A DNA stretch of 40,155 nt from Spongospora subterranea f. sp. subterranea (GCA_049724395.1 JAUGWO010000110.1:1-40155), one strand, 5' to 3'; positions 24,918-37,687 are shown, numbered from the stretch's first letter. Program-made: numbers and translations. Notes: a model not told the origin generated them from the letters alone.

Positions 24918-25517
24918 CTAGGTCCGGGTTTGAGTCGCTTGACCCTGTCCCGGTCCTCGTGGACGCGGTCCCCGTTTATCAATCTGGCGACGGCGAACGT
25001 GTTCCCGATCGCAACAGGTCTGAGCGTGTCCCGTATTGGCACAGCGCTGGCAGGGCCGGCCCTGGTCGCAGCCGAGCTTGTTCCTGGCGCAACGATGGCA
25101 GGCGACCTTGGTCTTGTAGCGGGAATGGGTCGGGATCCGTTGCGCCACCATGGACGAGGGCGGGCGATCGACCCCTGCAGGACTCCCCCCTCGATCACAT
25201 GATTCTGTGGGAAGTCCTACAGGAAGGCTGAACGGCGGCGGCAACGGAACCGAGCTGAAGCGGAACGGTTCTGGGAACGCGGACAGGATCGAATCTTGCA
25301 TCAGAGTGTCGAGAAAGTCGTCCTGGATCGGGCCAGGGAACGGCGCCGAGCGCGTCGGGGACGTCGCGCCCAGCATCACGCTTCGGTCGTCGGACGGGCC
25401 GTCGGAGCCGTCCATGGACACGATCAGCTCGAGGTTCTGGGAGAATTCCTCCACCGACTCGAACCGCTGACCAACGTTCATGGTCGTGTTGGTCCGGTTT
25501 CCGTTCGTGTTGGACAT
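24918..25517 (-). CDS. Zn(II)2Cys6 transcription factor, paralog of 20607..21347
   Basis: 199-aa intronless ORF; RYKTKVACHRCARNKLGCDQGRPCQRCANTGHAQTCCDREH. Confidence 0.9.
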   Translation of the reverse strand: MSNTNGNRTNTTMNVGQRFESVEEFSQNLELIVSMDGSDGPSDDRSVMLGATSPTRSAPFPGPIQDDFLDTLMQDSILSAFPEPFRFSSVPLPPPFSLPVGLPTESCDRGGSPAGVDRPPSSMVAQRIPTHSRYKTKVACHRCARNKLGCDQGRPCQRCANTGHAQTCCDREHVRRRQIDKRGPRPRGPGQGQATQTRT

Positions 25518-26456
25518 CGCCTGTTTTTTCGAGCAGTTATTTTTTCCTAAACTGGTCCGATCGCGCTGTTATCGGAATGAGCTCAATCCACGTTCGATCG
25601 AAGGACGAATTTGGGATTGGCCGATCATCAGCGTCGTCGGTCCGATACGGCCGACGATTGATCGGAACCGGCCCGTTTAGTCCAACGTCGCCCGACCGAA
25701 TTCATTCATTTACCGCAAACCGATTGTGGTCGCCCCGGCCAAGGTCAATCTTGGTTGCGCCCCACAATCCGATCCAAACAGGTCGCGTTCAACGTCCGGC
25801 AGTGCCAGGAAAGCACCAGGGTTCAATCATCTGGCAAAACACCAGAAAATTGCGAATACCGTTTTCTGGTGTGATTCTTGAAGAGAAGGGCCGACCCAAT
25901 TACGAAATTATTACTCGAAATGACGGATTGTGGTGATCCCCGTCTGAGCTCCGGTTCCTTTGTTGTGTAGACCTAAGATGTTGTCGTTGACCATGAGAAT
26001 CGACAACAAAGACGCGCTGAATTCCGAAGTTTCAGCTCCCCGCCCCAAGGGGCAACAACGACAAACCCACCATTTGATTTGTTATTCACCGCCTTCGTTC
26101 TCAAACGAATATCTCGAAGACGATCAGATATTCGGAGTTCGTTGTCAAATAAAATCAGAGTAATTCGCAAATTTCAAAACTCATCGCTGTTTCGGGAATC
26201 GCACCCTCTTGATTGGTGATTATGTCAAAACGGTGTCCGGCTCAAAAACGGAAAGTATTGAGGGATCACTGATGGAGTCTCTGCGATGATGATCGGCGAA
26301 TGATTCACCACATAAATATATCACTTATCGGCCCTGGTTTTGAGGTCAACGCTGCCAGAAAACGGTGAGAATTTTCGTGATTGGGCCCGTGTCGCCGCCC
26401 TCAATTCCTTGAGTTGAAAGCGATTCCGGGATCATAATTGGACCTGAACTCCTGAA

Positions 26457-27009
26457 GTGGACACAACCTCAGTTCTCGTGGAACTTCCGCCCACCTCCGA
26501 CAGCCGGCTAAGGGTCCGGTTCGGCCCTGTCGACTGCAGCCAAATCAGAATCACTATCGTCGTTGGCGGGGTGTTTTTATGGTGGCCCCGCTCCTCGACG
26601 TTGATCCTCCATGCTCACGCTGTCTCGGTATACGAAGATTTGCTTAAACGGCACGTCCTCAGAAAAACAAACAAACACTCTGACCACACTGGCATATCCC
26701 AAGTTCCGATCTTAGTATATGTGAATGGTTCAAACGGGCAAGCTGGGCGCGAAGACGCGACCGTGTATCTCTCAGGGATGTGCGAGCGGGGTTAAAGAGT
26801 GTTAGTTTTGTTGAAAACGTGCCATTTAAGAGAATCTTCGTATCTCGAGACAGAGTGAGCATGGAGGATCAACCTCGAGGCAGAAAACCACCCCCGCCAA
26901 CGACAATAGTGATTCTGATTTGGATGCAGTCGACAGGGCGGAACCGGACCCTCTGCCGGCTGTCGGAGGTGGGCGAAAGTTCCACGACGAGACCTGAGGG
27001 TGCGTCCAC
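26457..27009. repeat. Inverted repeat, ~215-bp diverged arms, ~115-nt spacer
   Basis: 26457-26681 vs 26797-27009; mirror-image ORFs (VVELxPTSDSR.RVRF.PVDC.QIRITIVVGG) on both strands. Confidence 0.9.
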
Positions 27010-30000
27010 TTCAGATGAGGAGAGCGACAGGTCCACGACGTCCACCCGATTTGACACGGCTCGTCGACGATCCGGTGGTGGCGTCAACATCATTTGACCG
27101 CATCAGGCAGTTAGAGTCGCACCTTCGATCGAAAGTGGTCGAGCAAGCAACAGGAGTTCATCGCGTTATCTATCACCGAGGCCGGTTGCACTGACCGCCG
27201 CCTCACGGAAGGCAATCTGGCTGAGGCTGCTTCTCGGCGAGTTGGGGCCCCAGCAACTTGGGCCAACCAAGGACACCAGGGCGCCATATCGCTGACGGAA
27301 ACACGAAGTCGGGCAAAACATAGACGTACGAGAGGCAATCCGCAAGGAGAGTGCTTTTATCCAGTTTTCCGCTCGATCGCTAGCTCGAACCCATGGACGT
27401 CACCGAATCTCAACACGCTGGCCTCGAGGCACTCGGAGAAGCCGAGACGACCGATACCACCGTCTCGTGGCTCATTCAGGAACGCGATTTGTTGGGGGGA
27501 AATCACGGCCCAGTGACCTCTCTCATGGAATTTCTAGTCTGATGATCTGATCGTGGGTTCTATTGTTGCGGGCGACGACTCGACACTAGATGGCGCCAAA
27601 CGGTATCGTCATGTTCGGATCGGGTAACCGACGCCATCCGCAACAAATGGCTTCTCGTTTCGCGAACGGCGTTGCGTGTTTTGGTCCGGAAAGCGGTTCG
27701 CGGATTTCACCGTTGAACGGTTCGTGTGAGACAACCGATGGTTTACATGGGGTTTAGACCTCGACAATTTGATTGATATGAAAATTAACAATCGAGATTC
27801 GCGTTTGGACGGAATATTGTTTGATATTAAGCATGCCCCCTCAAACCATGTGCCTTCGTAGTGATTAGTTGACTGCTCAGCCTTCTGGACGTTGGGAGCG
27901 ATGTTGGTTTAGTAAAGATATCCGCGATCATTTGCTCAATCGGCATATATTGTTGCGAATCATACGAAGTGGTACTTGCAGTCGATGTGCTGTGTTCGAG
28001 CGTCTGTTCTATTAATGCCGCTTACTCAGATGCACCCGCGAGTATCGTCGTAAATGATGGGGTTGCGGTTGGTTCCGGCTGCTCAAGCTCAAACAACAGT
28101 TGGCGAATCCACTTGGCTTCGCGCGACGCACACATAATGCAATGTATTCGGATTCAACAGACATAAAGCTGTCGATGGTTGCAATTTGGATTTCCAATAA
28201 ATTGGGGCAACACGGAGACTAAAAACGAACCCGGTTGTGGATGTCGGCGTCGCTGTAGCCATAAAGACCGGAGAGGTTCCTTGGAAAAGGTGCAATGACG
28301 TTCAGACCGTGCTCCGATGTCCCTGCCAGAAAACGAAGTACTCTCTGCGCTTGGCCGTCCAATGTTGCCGTCAAGGATTGCTAATAAACATGCTACTTTA
28401 AACTGCCGACACGCTCCGAGTACGGTACCGATATCATGTCGGCTCGATCGTGTTCGTTGTCAGGGCTCATGCTCGTGCTGAATTAGTAGCCGGGTTTGGT
28501 GTGGATTGTTGACCGACTTGCATTCGTTCATGTTGAGGCGAGTGGGTCCCTCATCAATGTAGTCTGGCTGGTGCAAAAATATGGATCCTGTTGGGCCATC
28601 GCTGAGTAATTGCATGCCAAGGACACGACATGGCTTGCCAAGATCGATGACGTCCCGTTTTGACTTGAATTGCTTCACTAGTTTGTCGCGGGAGACAGGT
28701 CAATATGAGCAACTATGATGCCATCGACATGGACGAGAACAATTGCGAAGAAGGTCGCGCGCTTCAGATGGTCAATGCGCGGATCAGCAAATGTCCTTCG
28801 GAAAATGGAGTTCATTGACTAGGATTCGTCGAGCTGCTGGTTCCAAATCATGCCCGCTTGTTCAAATCGCACAGTGCTTTCTTCAACTTGTAGACTAAGT
28901 TTCCTTTTCCAGGTTCGATGAAGCCATCGGGTTGTTTGATAAAAGTATCACCGCCGTTAAGACATGCTCCTACGACGTCAATTTGCCGAAGGTGAAGACC
29001 TTGATTGACGGCAAAAGCCATTGGCGATGCGAAATGATTCCGAATGTGCGACGGGAGAGAACGTTTCTCACCAGCACGTTGGGAGAAGCTTTTTATCACC
29101 AAACGAGCTTTGAATATGCGAATGCCACCATCTCCGACCAGGTTGGGTTTGGTATCGAAGACCCATTTGCATGCAATCACCTTCCGGTCGGGAGGTAGCT
29201 CTTGTCGAGCATTTGCTTGTATTCTGCATGGCATCATACCAATGACCTGCTTCAGATCCGCTCAAGGCTTGTGTGGCGGTTTGATGGCACGTTGACCGAG
29301 GCGATTGTGGGCGAGGCTATGTCAGGCCTGGACAGTTCTGTTCGAATCGAATCCAGCTGTGGAGCATGATTAGCACGTTGAACTATCCCCCAGACGCCAG
29401 GAGGGCGGGATTCTCTCCCACTACGACGTCGGACGACAGGCGATTCGGCAGCCGAAACGGGTTCCTCCGAAGTAGTTGATGAATCCGGAGTGCTGTCAGC
29501 ATGTTCTGGCTCAGAAGAAGTCGATTGTTGATGGGAATTGGAATGGCAGTCTGACATTCAGACTGATTACGAGTCCAGGATAAACGCTGTTTACTGAGTC
29601 TAAACTTTCTCTTTGAAATCCGTAATCAAACGAGTGTTCATCAAACTCGACATCTCGACTGACATATTGCTTTTGCGACGTAGGGTCAAACATTAAATAG
29701 GCCTTTTGATTCTTGGCGTATCCGATGTGGATCAATTTCTGGCCTCGTTGCTGGATCTTTTAGCGCTCACTGTGTTGAAGCAATCTGTAGGCAACACACC
29801 CGAAAGTTCTCAAATAACTGAGGTTGGGACCTATTCAATCAAAACTTCAAAAGGAGTGGCTCTTTCCGACAGGGCAGAATCTGGTCGTCGGTAAGGGAAG
29901 CATTGCTCGGAAGCTTCGAGTGTGATATTAAACAAAGAGCGATATCCGTCAGGGTTCGATTGAGCCTTTCAGCAACGCCGTTTGATTGTGAGTTGCCCGG

Positions 30001-31191
30001 GACTCTTCTTTGGTGGTGAATGCCTTGAAAATCTAGCAAAAGACGGCATTCGGTTGACATATATCCTCTTCCGTTTTCTGACTGAAACCTTGCGAATGTT
30101 CGTACGGTGAAGGTTGCTGAAATGTCGAACGAACATCTTGAGATGTCGCTCGAACTGCTCAGATTTGCTTTTTTCAAAGGGATATTGTGCAAAATCGGCT
30201 AAAAACATCAGTATATGTGACAAGATATTTTGATCCATAAATGCCAGGAGTAGAAAATGGTCCCATAATCAGTTCTCCTGGTGCAGTTGGATGGCTTGAT
30301 GTGTTCTGGAACGGAGCTGTCGACATTCTTTTCCCATTATGCATGGCTCACAAGAACGTAGCTGATTGGTATCAGGTTTCGTGCTGGTCAGAGGTCCTGG
30401 CAATTGGCCGCTGAACTTGAGCGGTGGCAATGCGTGTCGTGAATCTCTGCTCAACAGCGATATACCGTTGTTGCTGGTATGACCTAATCTTGGATGCCAT
30501 AAGGTTATCGGTAGAGGGACGTCATGACGGGTTGCAAAGGACGCCGCCAAACTTGAGTCGGAGTCGAGTCTGTATAAATTGTTGTGACTTTTCCGGATTT
30601 TTGCAGGAGCGGTGAAACTGAGAGGTTGAAATATCGTCATGTGCTCGCCATCGGTCAGAAATTTCACTCCGGTTTTCAGCCGCTTGACCCGGAGAGAAGA
30701 GAGTTTTCCCAAGGTTGGGAACTGCCAGCACGTTTTCAAGTTTGATAGACCTTCGAAAATGTGACCTTGACGATCGAACGTGATGTGGTTGGAACAGCCG
30801 GTATCTACATGCCAGGCTCTGGACTTGCAGGTGACCCTATTGACAGAATCTTGTGCTTGAGACGCACAGCGATACGGTTGAATTTTTGGCTGGTTAATTA
30901 GGTTTAGGTAGCCAACTGCTGGGACATAGCTCAGGGTTTTGGACAAAACATTGGTCGACCCTGTGGTTCAGATGTGGGTGGACTCTGCAACGACGCCGTC
31001 TGCTAGCCATGTTTGCTTGAGGACCGCTGTGATCCTCATTCTGCCGTGATTCCTCATTCAACAACAAGGAGGTGATCTTTACCAAGATAGCTAAGTAAAC
31101 TCTTGCGCATCTAACGCAGTAGCTACATTGTGGAATCGGGTGTCGAGGTTGCAGACCACAAGGGCTGAGATCAGCTTGTCGGAAATCGGTC

Positions 31192-32160
31192 TGCCGACCA
31201 TATCCTTGCCGACCAATTGATTTGAAGGTCTCTCGAGCACGAGACTCAACAAGGCCAACATATCCTTGCCGACCGATTGAAGGTCTCGAGCACGAGACTC
31301 AACAAGGCCAACATATCCTTGCCGACCGATTGAAGGTCTCGAGCACGAGACTCAACAAGGCCAACATATCCTTGCCGACCGATTGAAGGTCTCGAGCACG
31401 AGACTCAACAAGGCCAACATATCCTTGCCGACCAATTGAAGGTCTCGAGCACGAGACTCAACAAGGCCAACATATCCTTGCCGACCAATTGAAGGTCTCG
31501 AGCACGAGACTCAACAAGGCCAACATATCCTTGCCGACCAATTGAAGGGCTCGAGCACGAGACTCAACAAGGATCCTTGCCGTCTCTCAACAAGCACTCA
31601 ACAAGGCCAACATATCCTTGCCGACCAATTGAAGGTCTCGAGACGAGACTCAACAAGGCCAACATATCCCTCTGCACGATATCCTTGCCGACCCGATTGA
31701 AGGTCTCGAGCACGAGACTCAACAAGGCCAACATATCCTTGCCGACCGATTGAAGGTCTCGAGCACGAGACTCAACAAGGCCAACATATCCTTGCCGACC
31801 AATTGAAGGTCTCGAGCACGAGACTCAACAAGGCCAACATATCCTTGCCGACCAATTGAAGGTCTCGAGCACGAGACTCAACAAGGCCAACATATCCTTG
31901 CCGACCTTGACTCAACAAGGCCAACATATCCTTGCCGACCAATTGAAGGTCTCGAGCACGAGACTCAACAAGGCCAACATATCCTTGCCGACCAATTGAA
32001 GGTCTCGAGCACGAGACTCAACAAGGCCAACATATCCTTGCCGACCAACAAGGCCAACATATTGAAGGTCTCGAGCACGAGACTCAACAAGGCCAACATA
32101 TCCTTGCCGACCGATTGAAGGTCTCGAGCACGAGACTCAACAAGGCCAACTTATCCTTGT
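31192..32160. repeat. 53-bp minisatellite (about 17-18 copies) inside copia gag
   Basis: Unit ATATCCTTGCCGACC(G/A)ATTGAAGGTCTCGAGCACGAGACTCAACAAGGCCAAC, some scrambled copies. Confidence 0.95.
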
Positions 32161-32539
32161 TGTCGGCAGTCCATCCTGTTTGCACCTCACAAATTGACGT
32201 AGGTTCAAGACAAACTGAGGACAAAGACTTTCGCTTGTGAAGTTAAACCCAGTGGGCATGTGAAGTAGTTTCCGAGAATAAAGTGACGAAGAATTGTATC
32301 ATCGACGTACTGTTCGATCAGGACGTGGTCCTTCGTGTCGATATCGAGGGGACCCCATTCTGCGGATCTATTGGATCAAACGTGGTTGGATTATAGCGGA
32401 TTGACACATCATAATCTTTGTCTTGATAAAGAGCTATCATACGTCTTTTCCATGTAGGAAAATCGACGGCGCCATGTAGTGTAGATATTTGGAGCCCTGG
32501 TATGGGCATCGTGAATAATAAGGCAAGTGGGGAGGTTTT

Positions 32540-32553
32540 CGGGACTCTTAATC
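32540..32553 (-). promoter_or_regulatory. Putative primer-binding site GATTAAGAGTCCCG (tRNA-Lys(CUU) anticodon-arm complement)
   Basis: Immediately follows ...CA and lies 30 nt before the gag ATG; identical 14-mer at 39068-39081. Confidence 0.7.
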
Positions 32554-32744
32554 TGCTGAAAGAGATGAGGGGAAGAGAAGCGAAAGAGAGAGTGGGAACG
32601 AGAGAGAGAGAGGGAGCGGGACCGAGAGAAAGAGATATCGGGAACGAGAGAGAGAGCGCGGAAACGAAGTTGATTGGAAGAAGCAAATAGAAGAATGAAT
32701 TTATTATAAGTCATATTCTCATAGATGAAAGCGTCGCTTTCTCA

Positions 32745-33173
32745 TTAAGGGATGCATCTGTCATACAGTTGGGGGTGTGGAGGCGATATTCGCCTGTTCT
32801 TCACCTGCCGTTGCGTTAGGTAATCGTCCAGGCAGAACTCCATCCAGGGAATGTAGTCGTAGAAGCCGATCTCCCTCAGGGCGAGGATGACGTCGGCCCC
32901 AGTGATGGTGCGGCGGTTCTCCATCCCCAATCGCTCGCCGGCGACGCTGGTCACGAACCCGATGAACTCGGCGACGCACTCCTGGACGAGGAGCTTGGCG
33001 TCGCGCGAGATCTTGATGTTGTCGGGCAACGTCTGCTTCATGAGCCGACCGATATTGGCTAATGGTAATAGGCGATTGTTCTCTCTCACCACCTCAACTG
33101 TGGTGTTCTGCCCTGAACCCATCATCGCCATTAATGTGACGCAAACACGATTTGCGGCCGAAACCCCCATCAT
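32745..33173 (-). CDS. NF-YB: Divergent NF-YB/HAP3-like histone-fold protein
   Basis: RENNRLLPLANIGRLMKQTLPDNIKISRDAKLLVQECVAEFIGFVTSVA...RRTITGADVILALREIGFYDY. First in-frame ATG at 33173; true start uncertain. Confidence 0.9.
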   Translation of the reverse strand: MMGVSAANRVCVTLMAMMGSGQNTTVEVVRENNRLLPLANIGRLMKQTLPDNIKISRDAKLLVQECVAEFIGFVTSVAGERLGMENRRTITGADVILALREIGFYDYIPWMEFCLDDYLTQRQVKNRRISPPHPQLYDRCIP

Positions 33174-33649
33174 CTCCGATTCCTCCGATAAACCCAATCA
33201 CGGATCAGTGATCGCCGACGACACCGGTCAATTTCCCACCGAAACATGTGCGTCCACGACGGGCATCGTCAGAATTGTTTTCCAATCGGACTATGCCCTT
33301 GAAATGTATTCAACTCAACTTTTGAGAAGCGGTTATTGTGTTGCAAAGACGGGCAACGCTAGTGCTTCTTTCACTGCATTGTTAATACGAGTTGCGATGA
33401 TACGCTGCTTGTTTGTTTATTTGCGGAACCAGGGTTATCAGAATCTTTCACGTTGTTGTTTTTTGAAGTGTATGTCAGGTTTCTGCAGTATTTTCCTTCT
33501 CTCGTTCAGTCAGCTCTGTGCTGTTTTACCATTGATTGTTGCCATTTTTATATGACGCGGTTCTTTCTCCTGCAAGCGATTCTCAGTTCATCGGCCCTGA
33601 AGGGACATGCGTTGCGACGAATAGTTTTCTGGTGAATCGGTCCTGTTAT

Positions 33650-34360
33650 AGCATTAACAAAGTCAGTGGTTCATGGTTGTGATTCGCTCCATGAGCGTGT
33701 TCAATCTTGTTCTCATCATCGATTACATTGATGGGATCTCTCAGGTTGTTAGTGTATTTTTGCCGCCTTGTTGAGATTGTAGTTTTGGTAATTGTTAGTA
33801 GATGGCCACTGCTCAGGTTACCGTGAGCTTTCCTGCTTTGGACGAAGGGGAGAAATGCCTGTTGCACAGCGTGATGTCTAAATTGTTTGGTCCTCTGGTT
33901 AAAGTGTTGGCAAATGTTGTAAAAGTATTTATGGTGTTTTTCGTGATTGTTCCCGAAAGGTTTATCATTTTGTTCAGATCACCTGTAATTACAGTTGGCA
34001 TATTCTGTTGATCTTCAAACCTTTCCATTGCTTTCCAGAACTTGGATTTTGCCTTATTGTTACCGTCTGGTGGTGTTTACCTATTTATCAACATGATTTC
34101 CTGATTCAATAGTATTAGATGCGTGTTGATTCGTGATTTTTCAAATATGTTGATAGAGGGGCAGTTCATTGTTTGAATATCTAATCCCTTTCATGCAGTG
34201 GTGTGTTGGGAACCCGGCTATTCTTCCTCTGTGCCCCAGCTCGAAAATGCAAATAACATCTATTTGGAGTTTGTTTAAGAATCGAGCCTGTTCATGAGCC
34301 TTAATCTTCATTGGCCGGCCGGCATTCCATTGTGCACTTCGATAGTCGTGATTGGCGATT
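33650..34360 (-). mobile_element. Degenerate non-LTR (LINE) APE endonuclease remnant
   Basis: AQWNAG...FLNKLQIDVICIFE, VITGDLN, TRGPNNLDITLCN, SSGHL (SDH-like), in order but with stops and frameshifts. Confidence 0.75.
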
Positions 34361-34964
34361 TTGTTATTCCAGTGTGTTTTCTCTCAAAGAGTCTCGTATT
34401 TGGTTCCGTGTTGATGTAGTTTGTAATTCGGTTTGCTTTTTTCATGATCTCAGGTCGTAACGATTTCTCCTGCGTTGGTTGTTGTGTTACCGGTTGGTGT
34501 TTGGCATTTGTGTTACCCTCAAGTACTCTGGGGAGTTTTGATGATGTTTGGACAATTGGGTAATTCTAAATTGGATCGGTCTATGTTGACAGGTAAGGGA
34601 TGAGAGGAACCGGAATGGGTGGACGATGGATACGAAACATGGAACAAGAATTAGTACTGCCAGACAATAGAGATTATTACAGACTTGTCACCAATTATCA
34701 CGGTTATGACAATAAAAACGGGTAAAGGGTTACATTGATGGTCAATCACTGGCTTCATCCTACAAAGGGGCGATACATTATTGTAATGTCGCCTATCAAG
34801 TTGCAGCAAATATGAACCGAAAATCAGAAAACGCATTTGGCACTGTGTATTAACAACAAAACATGCAAACAAGTTTGCGAAGATGAGAGAGTATCCGGGC
34901 TGCTGGCGGCAGATTTGTAAGAGGGTCTTCACAACGTCGTTTATATCCCATTTCGGCCAATACT

Positions 34965-35977
34965 TCAATTGCTAACGATTCGATAATGAAAACTGTCAAC
35001 ACTTGCTCGAAAAAATGGTCGGTATAGCACAGAGTACCGCCGTCCTCGTTGGGCGATGACCAAAAGGGGGAGAAATCTTCTTTTGGGGTGCACGATCAAC
35101 ACTCGTGTAGCAATGGACGATCGTTTGCCTTCCCCATCACCAATTTTAACGGCCGCATGGGCGACAGTCCTCGAATCCCAGACAAACATTTCATTGAGCT
35201 GCATGTTCCATCGTGTGTACCAATCGTTTGATGCAGATTCAGACTTCAACAGATATTGACGTGGTTCAGTCCGGTGAGGACAATTCGTGGTGCGAGTCTC
35301 ATCGCATTGAGTGGCCGGTGTCAATGCCAATGGCCATGCTAAAACAGGTTCAAGTGGTATCCAGATATTGATCATATGATCGATCATCAACATTTCGATT
35401 GCGTATTGTTCAACGTTGCCATTATAGTGTGCCAGCGCAGTGGTTTTGACCAGGTTATTCTTTGCCAAAACCTCCATGAAGTCCAAAGACGAATACGCGT
35501 GGTGTTTCAACAGGTGAACAATATCAATATCGCGACGGAAATCGATATGCGCTTTTACAGAATAGTCAGACTTTTGAGTAAGCCGTTTGGTACCCATCGG
35601 AATGACTATACAATTGGGAAGTTTCTGGCCGTTGTCCTTATAAACGGCTTTGTGAATCAACTTAGCAAACTGACCTCCGAATATATCATCCTTTAGCGAT
35701 TTTAACAGCTCAATCTCTGTTGTCAGCTCCTCCTGCATTCGATGAAGAGCAAATTTGTTCTGCGAGTTCGAAATTTTTCAAACCACGTCGTGGGCGTCGT
35801 TTCCTCAGTTGGATCATCAATTGGGATCAATTTAACCTCCTCGTCACGACAATGATCGCCCCCACCAATTCGAACACTTCCAGTAAGGAGCGGCTCTTTC
35901 TGGCAATTGGTCACAAGCCATAAGGACTGAAACACAGCGAACAGTACAATATGCGCCATTCCTCCCTTGATTGCCAT
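34965..35977 (-). CDS. AsaB/CmcJ-family (Fe/2OG-type) oxidoreductase with putative signal peptide; split into two ORFs
   Basis: Motifs AHID, INIWIPLEPVLAWPLAL, W...M...E...WDS..VAHAA, RSSIATRVLI in 34965..35738. Upstream overlapping ORF begins MAIKGGMAHIVLFAVFQSLWLVTNC; joined either by an intron or by one extra A in the A5 run near 35775. Confidence 0.72.
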
Positions 35978-37186
35978 TGCTCAAATAAACATGACCGTCC
36001 GGCCAAAAGCACTGCTGTACCACCCGTCGGTCCGTGACTGGCTTGTTCTTTTGGGTTCGCGCACTTGAAGTAAGCGCCAGTCCGTGACGGGGCCCAGTGC
36101 GCCAACTGCACTCCACTTTCCAATTCATGACGAGTGACCTGTTTTTGGTGCGTCAGTGTCACACAGCCAGACACACCCAACCCTAGATTAATCCAAGAAT
36201 TAATCGACACACACAAGAAATTCAATGGTGGGTTGAAATGAGAGAAAGTAGCGATGAACACAAAAGAAAGAAAGTCAATGGGGATTAATCCTTCCACAAC
36301 GGCACATCCAAAAGTCCATGGGAATTAATCCCATGGGATTCTAATATCTACACCAATTTTCGCAATGGATCCGAGTCCAATTGAATGTTTTATTGATCAG
36401 GCAGCGCGTTCGATGTTAGCGATGGTGGACGCGTTCGGTTCAAACCATAACGTTGATATGGTTGAGGTGATTTCACTTTGAGGCACGCAGGTGCGAAGTC
36501 ATCTTCACCGCTTCAGCAGATGCAATCAGAACAACCGGCATGAATTGATGGACGCAAAGTCGCTCGATGATCATTCATAACGACACAATACGATCTTCAC
36601 CATCCGCAAATCAAGCTCGACGTTGGGCGACAACTGTTTGTCGGAACATCGACCCTGTTCCAATACTAAACTCTCCTTGCCGAGTTCACCTCGGATCCGT
36701 ATTGTAAAGCCCTGCTTAACCTCACTCGTTAGATCCTTGATCTAAGCAAATTGCGGTTCTCTTCCATCACTGCAATTTCCTTGATGCCCTCTTGACTTTT
36801 CGGGCTTTTATGCCCTATTTAAAAAAGCCCGAACAGTATCCAATAAACTTCATTCTACTTCTTTGTCCTTTTGCTTGTCACAGCAATCCCCTCCACTTGC
36901 AGTTTTCTTTTTTGGCTTTTTTTATATAGGTCACTTTCTGCCATGGTTGTCGACCACACGCCGCCGCCTCCCCAGACCCGTTCTTAATCCATCACCGCCG
37001 TCGCATTGCAGCAAGAGCAAATGGATCATGAGATAACTGGTATCCACACTTCGCGTCACGCCCTCCAACAAACCAGCAAACGCCTTGCCGCCCGATTTGA
37101 AGAGGCTTTCCAAAACGCCAACGCCCCGCCAACATTTCCGCCGTACCGATCACCAACCTGCCAAGGATATCAAACCCCTTCCCATA

Positions 37187-37687
37187 ACATGTCATTGAGA
37201 AGGAAGAATCCATAAATGACTGACATATTGTACAGGGCAACGGTGGCGACTGAGGACTTTGCATGACGTTGGTGGTCAATTTGACCAGACAGTATCCGGA
37301 AATGTTTAGAACATACATGACAATAGGGATCATGTTTGGAAAGACATCTATTATCCATTCGTTGGCAGAGTCAGAACGGGCTGCAGAATTACTCTCGAAG
37401 AGAAGAAGTGAAGAGGCAGATTTAATTTTTAAGGAAGTAACCCTTCCAGAAATTCTGCCTCTTCACTTGCTTCTTCGAGAGTAATTCTGCAGCCCGTTCT
37501 GACTCTGCCAACGAATGGGTAATAGATGTCTTTTCAAACATGACCCTATTTTCATGTATGTTCTAAACATTTCCGGAACTATGTCTGGTCAAATTGACCA
37601 CCAACGTCATGCAAAGTCCTGACTTGTGCCACCGTTGCCCTGTACAATATGTCAGTCATTTATGGATTCTTCCTTCTCAATACATGT
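37187..37687. repeat. Inverted repeat, ~235-bp arms, ~28-nt loop
   Basis: 37187-37422 vs 37451-37687, high identity with small indels. Confidence 0.95.

Larger units (their letters stand above)
27834..32744 (-). mobile_element. Near-full-length degenerate Ty1/copia retrotransposon
   Basis: Copia domain order: gag (ATG 32509, LHGAVDFPTWKRRM), knuckle CRVHPHLNHRVDQC, protease WHVDTGCSNH, WHPRLGH, integrase SNGVAERLNRTL and IGYAKNQKAY, RT CKWVF...KARLV and VHVDG, RNase H GYSDAD/ADIFTK. PPT TTGAGGGGGCA at 27834-27844. Putative 5' LTR ends CA at 32554; LTR start and matching 3' LTR uncertain. Confidence 0.92.

Noticed and set aside
32887..33555. 222-aa plus-strand ORF
   Set aside because: Largely the antisense shadow of NF-YB; no recognisable motifs.
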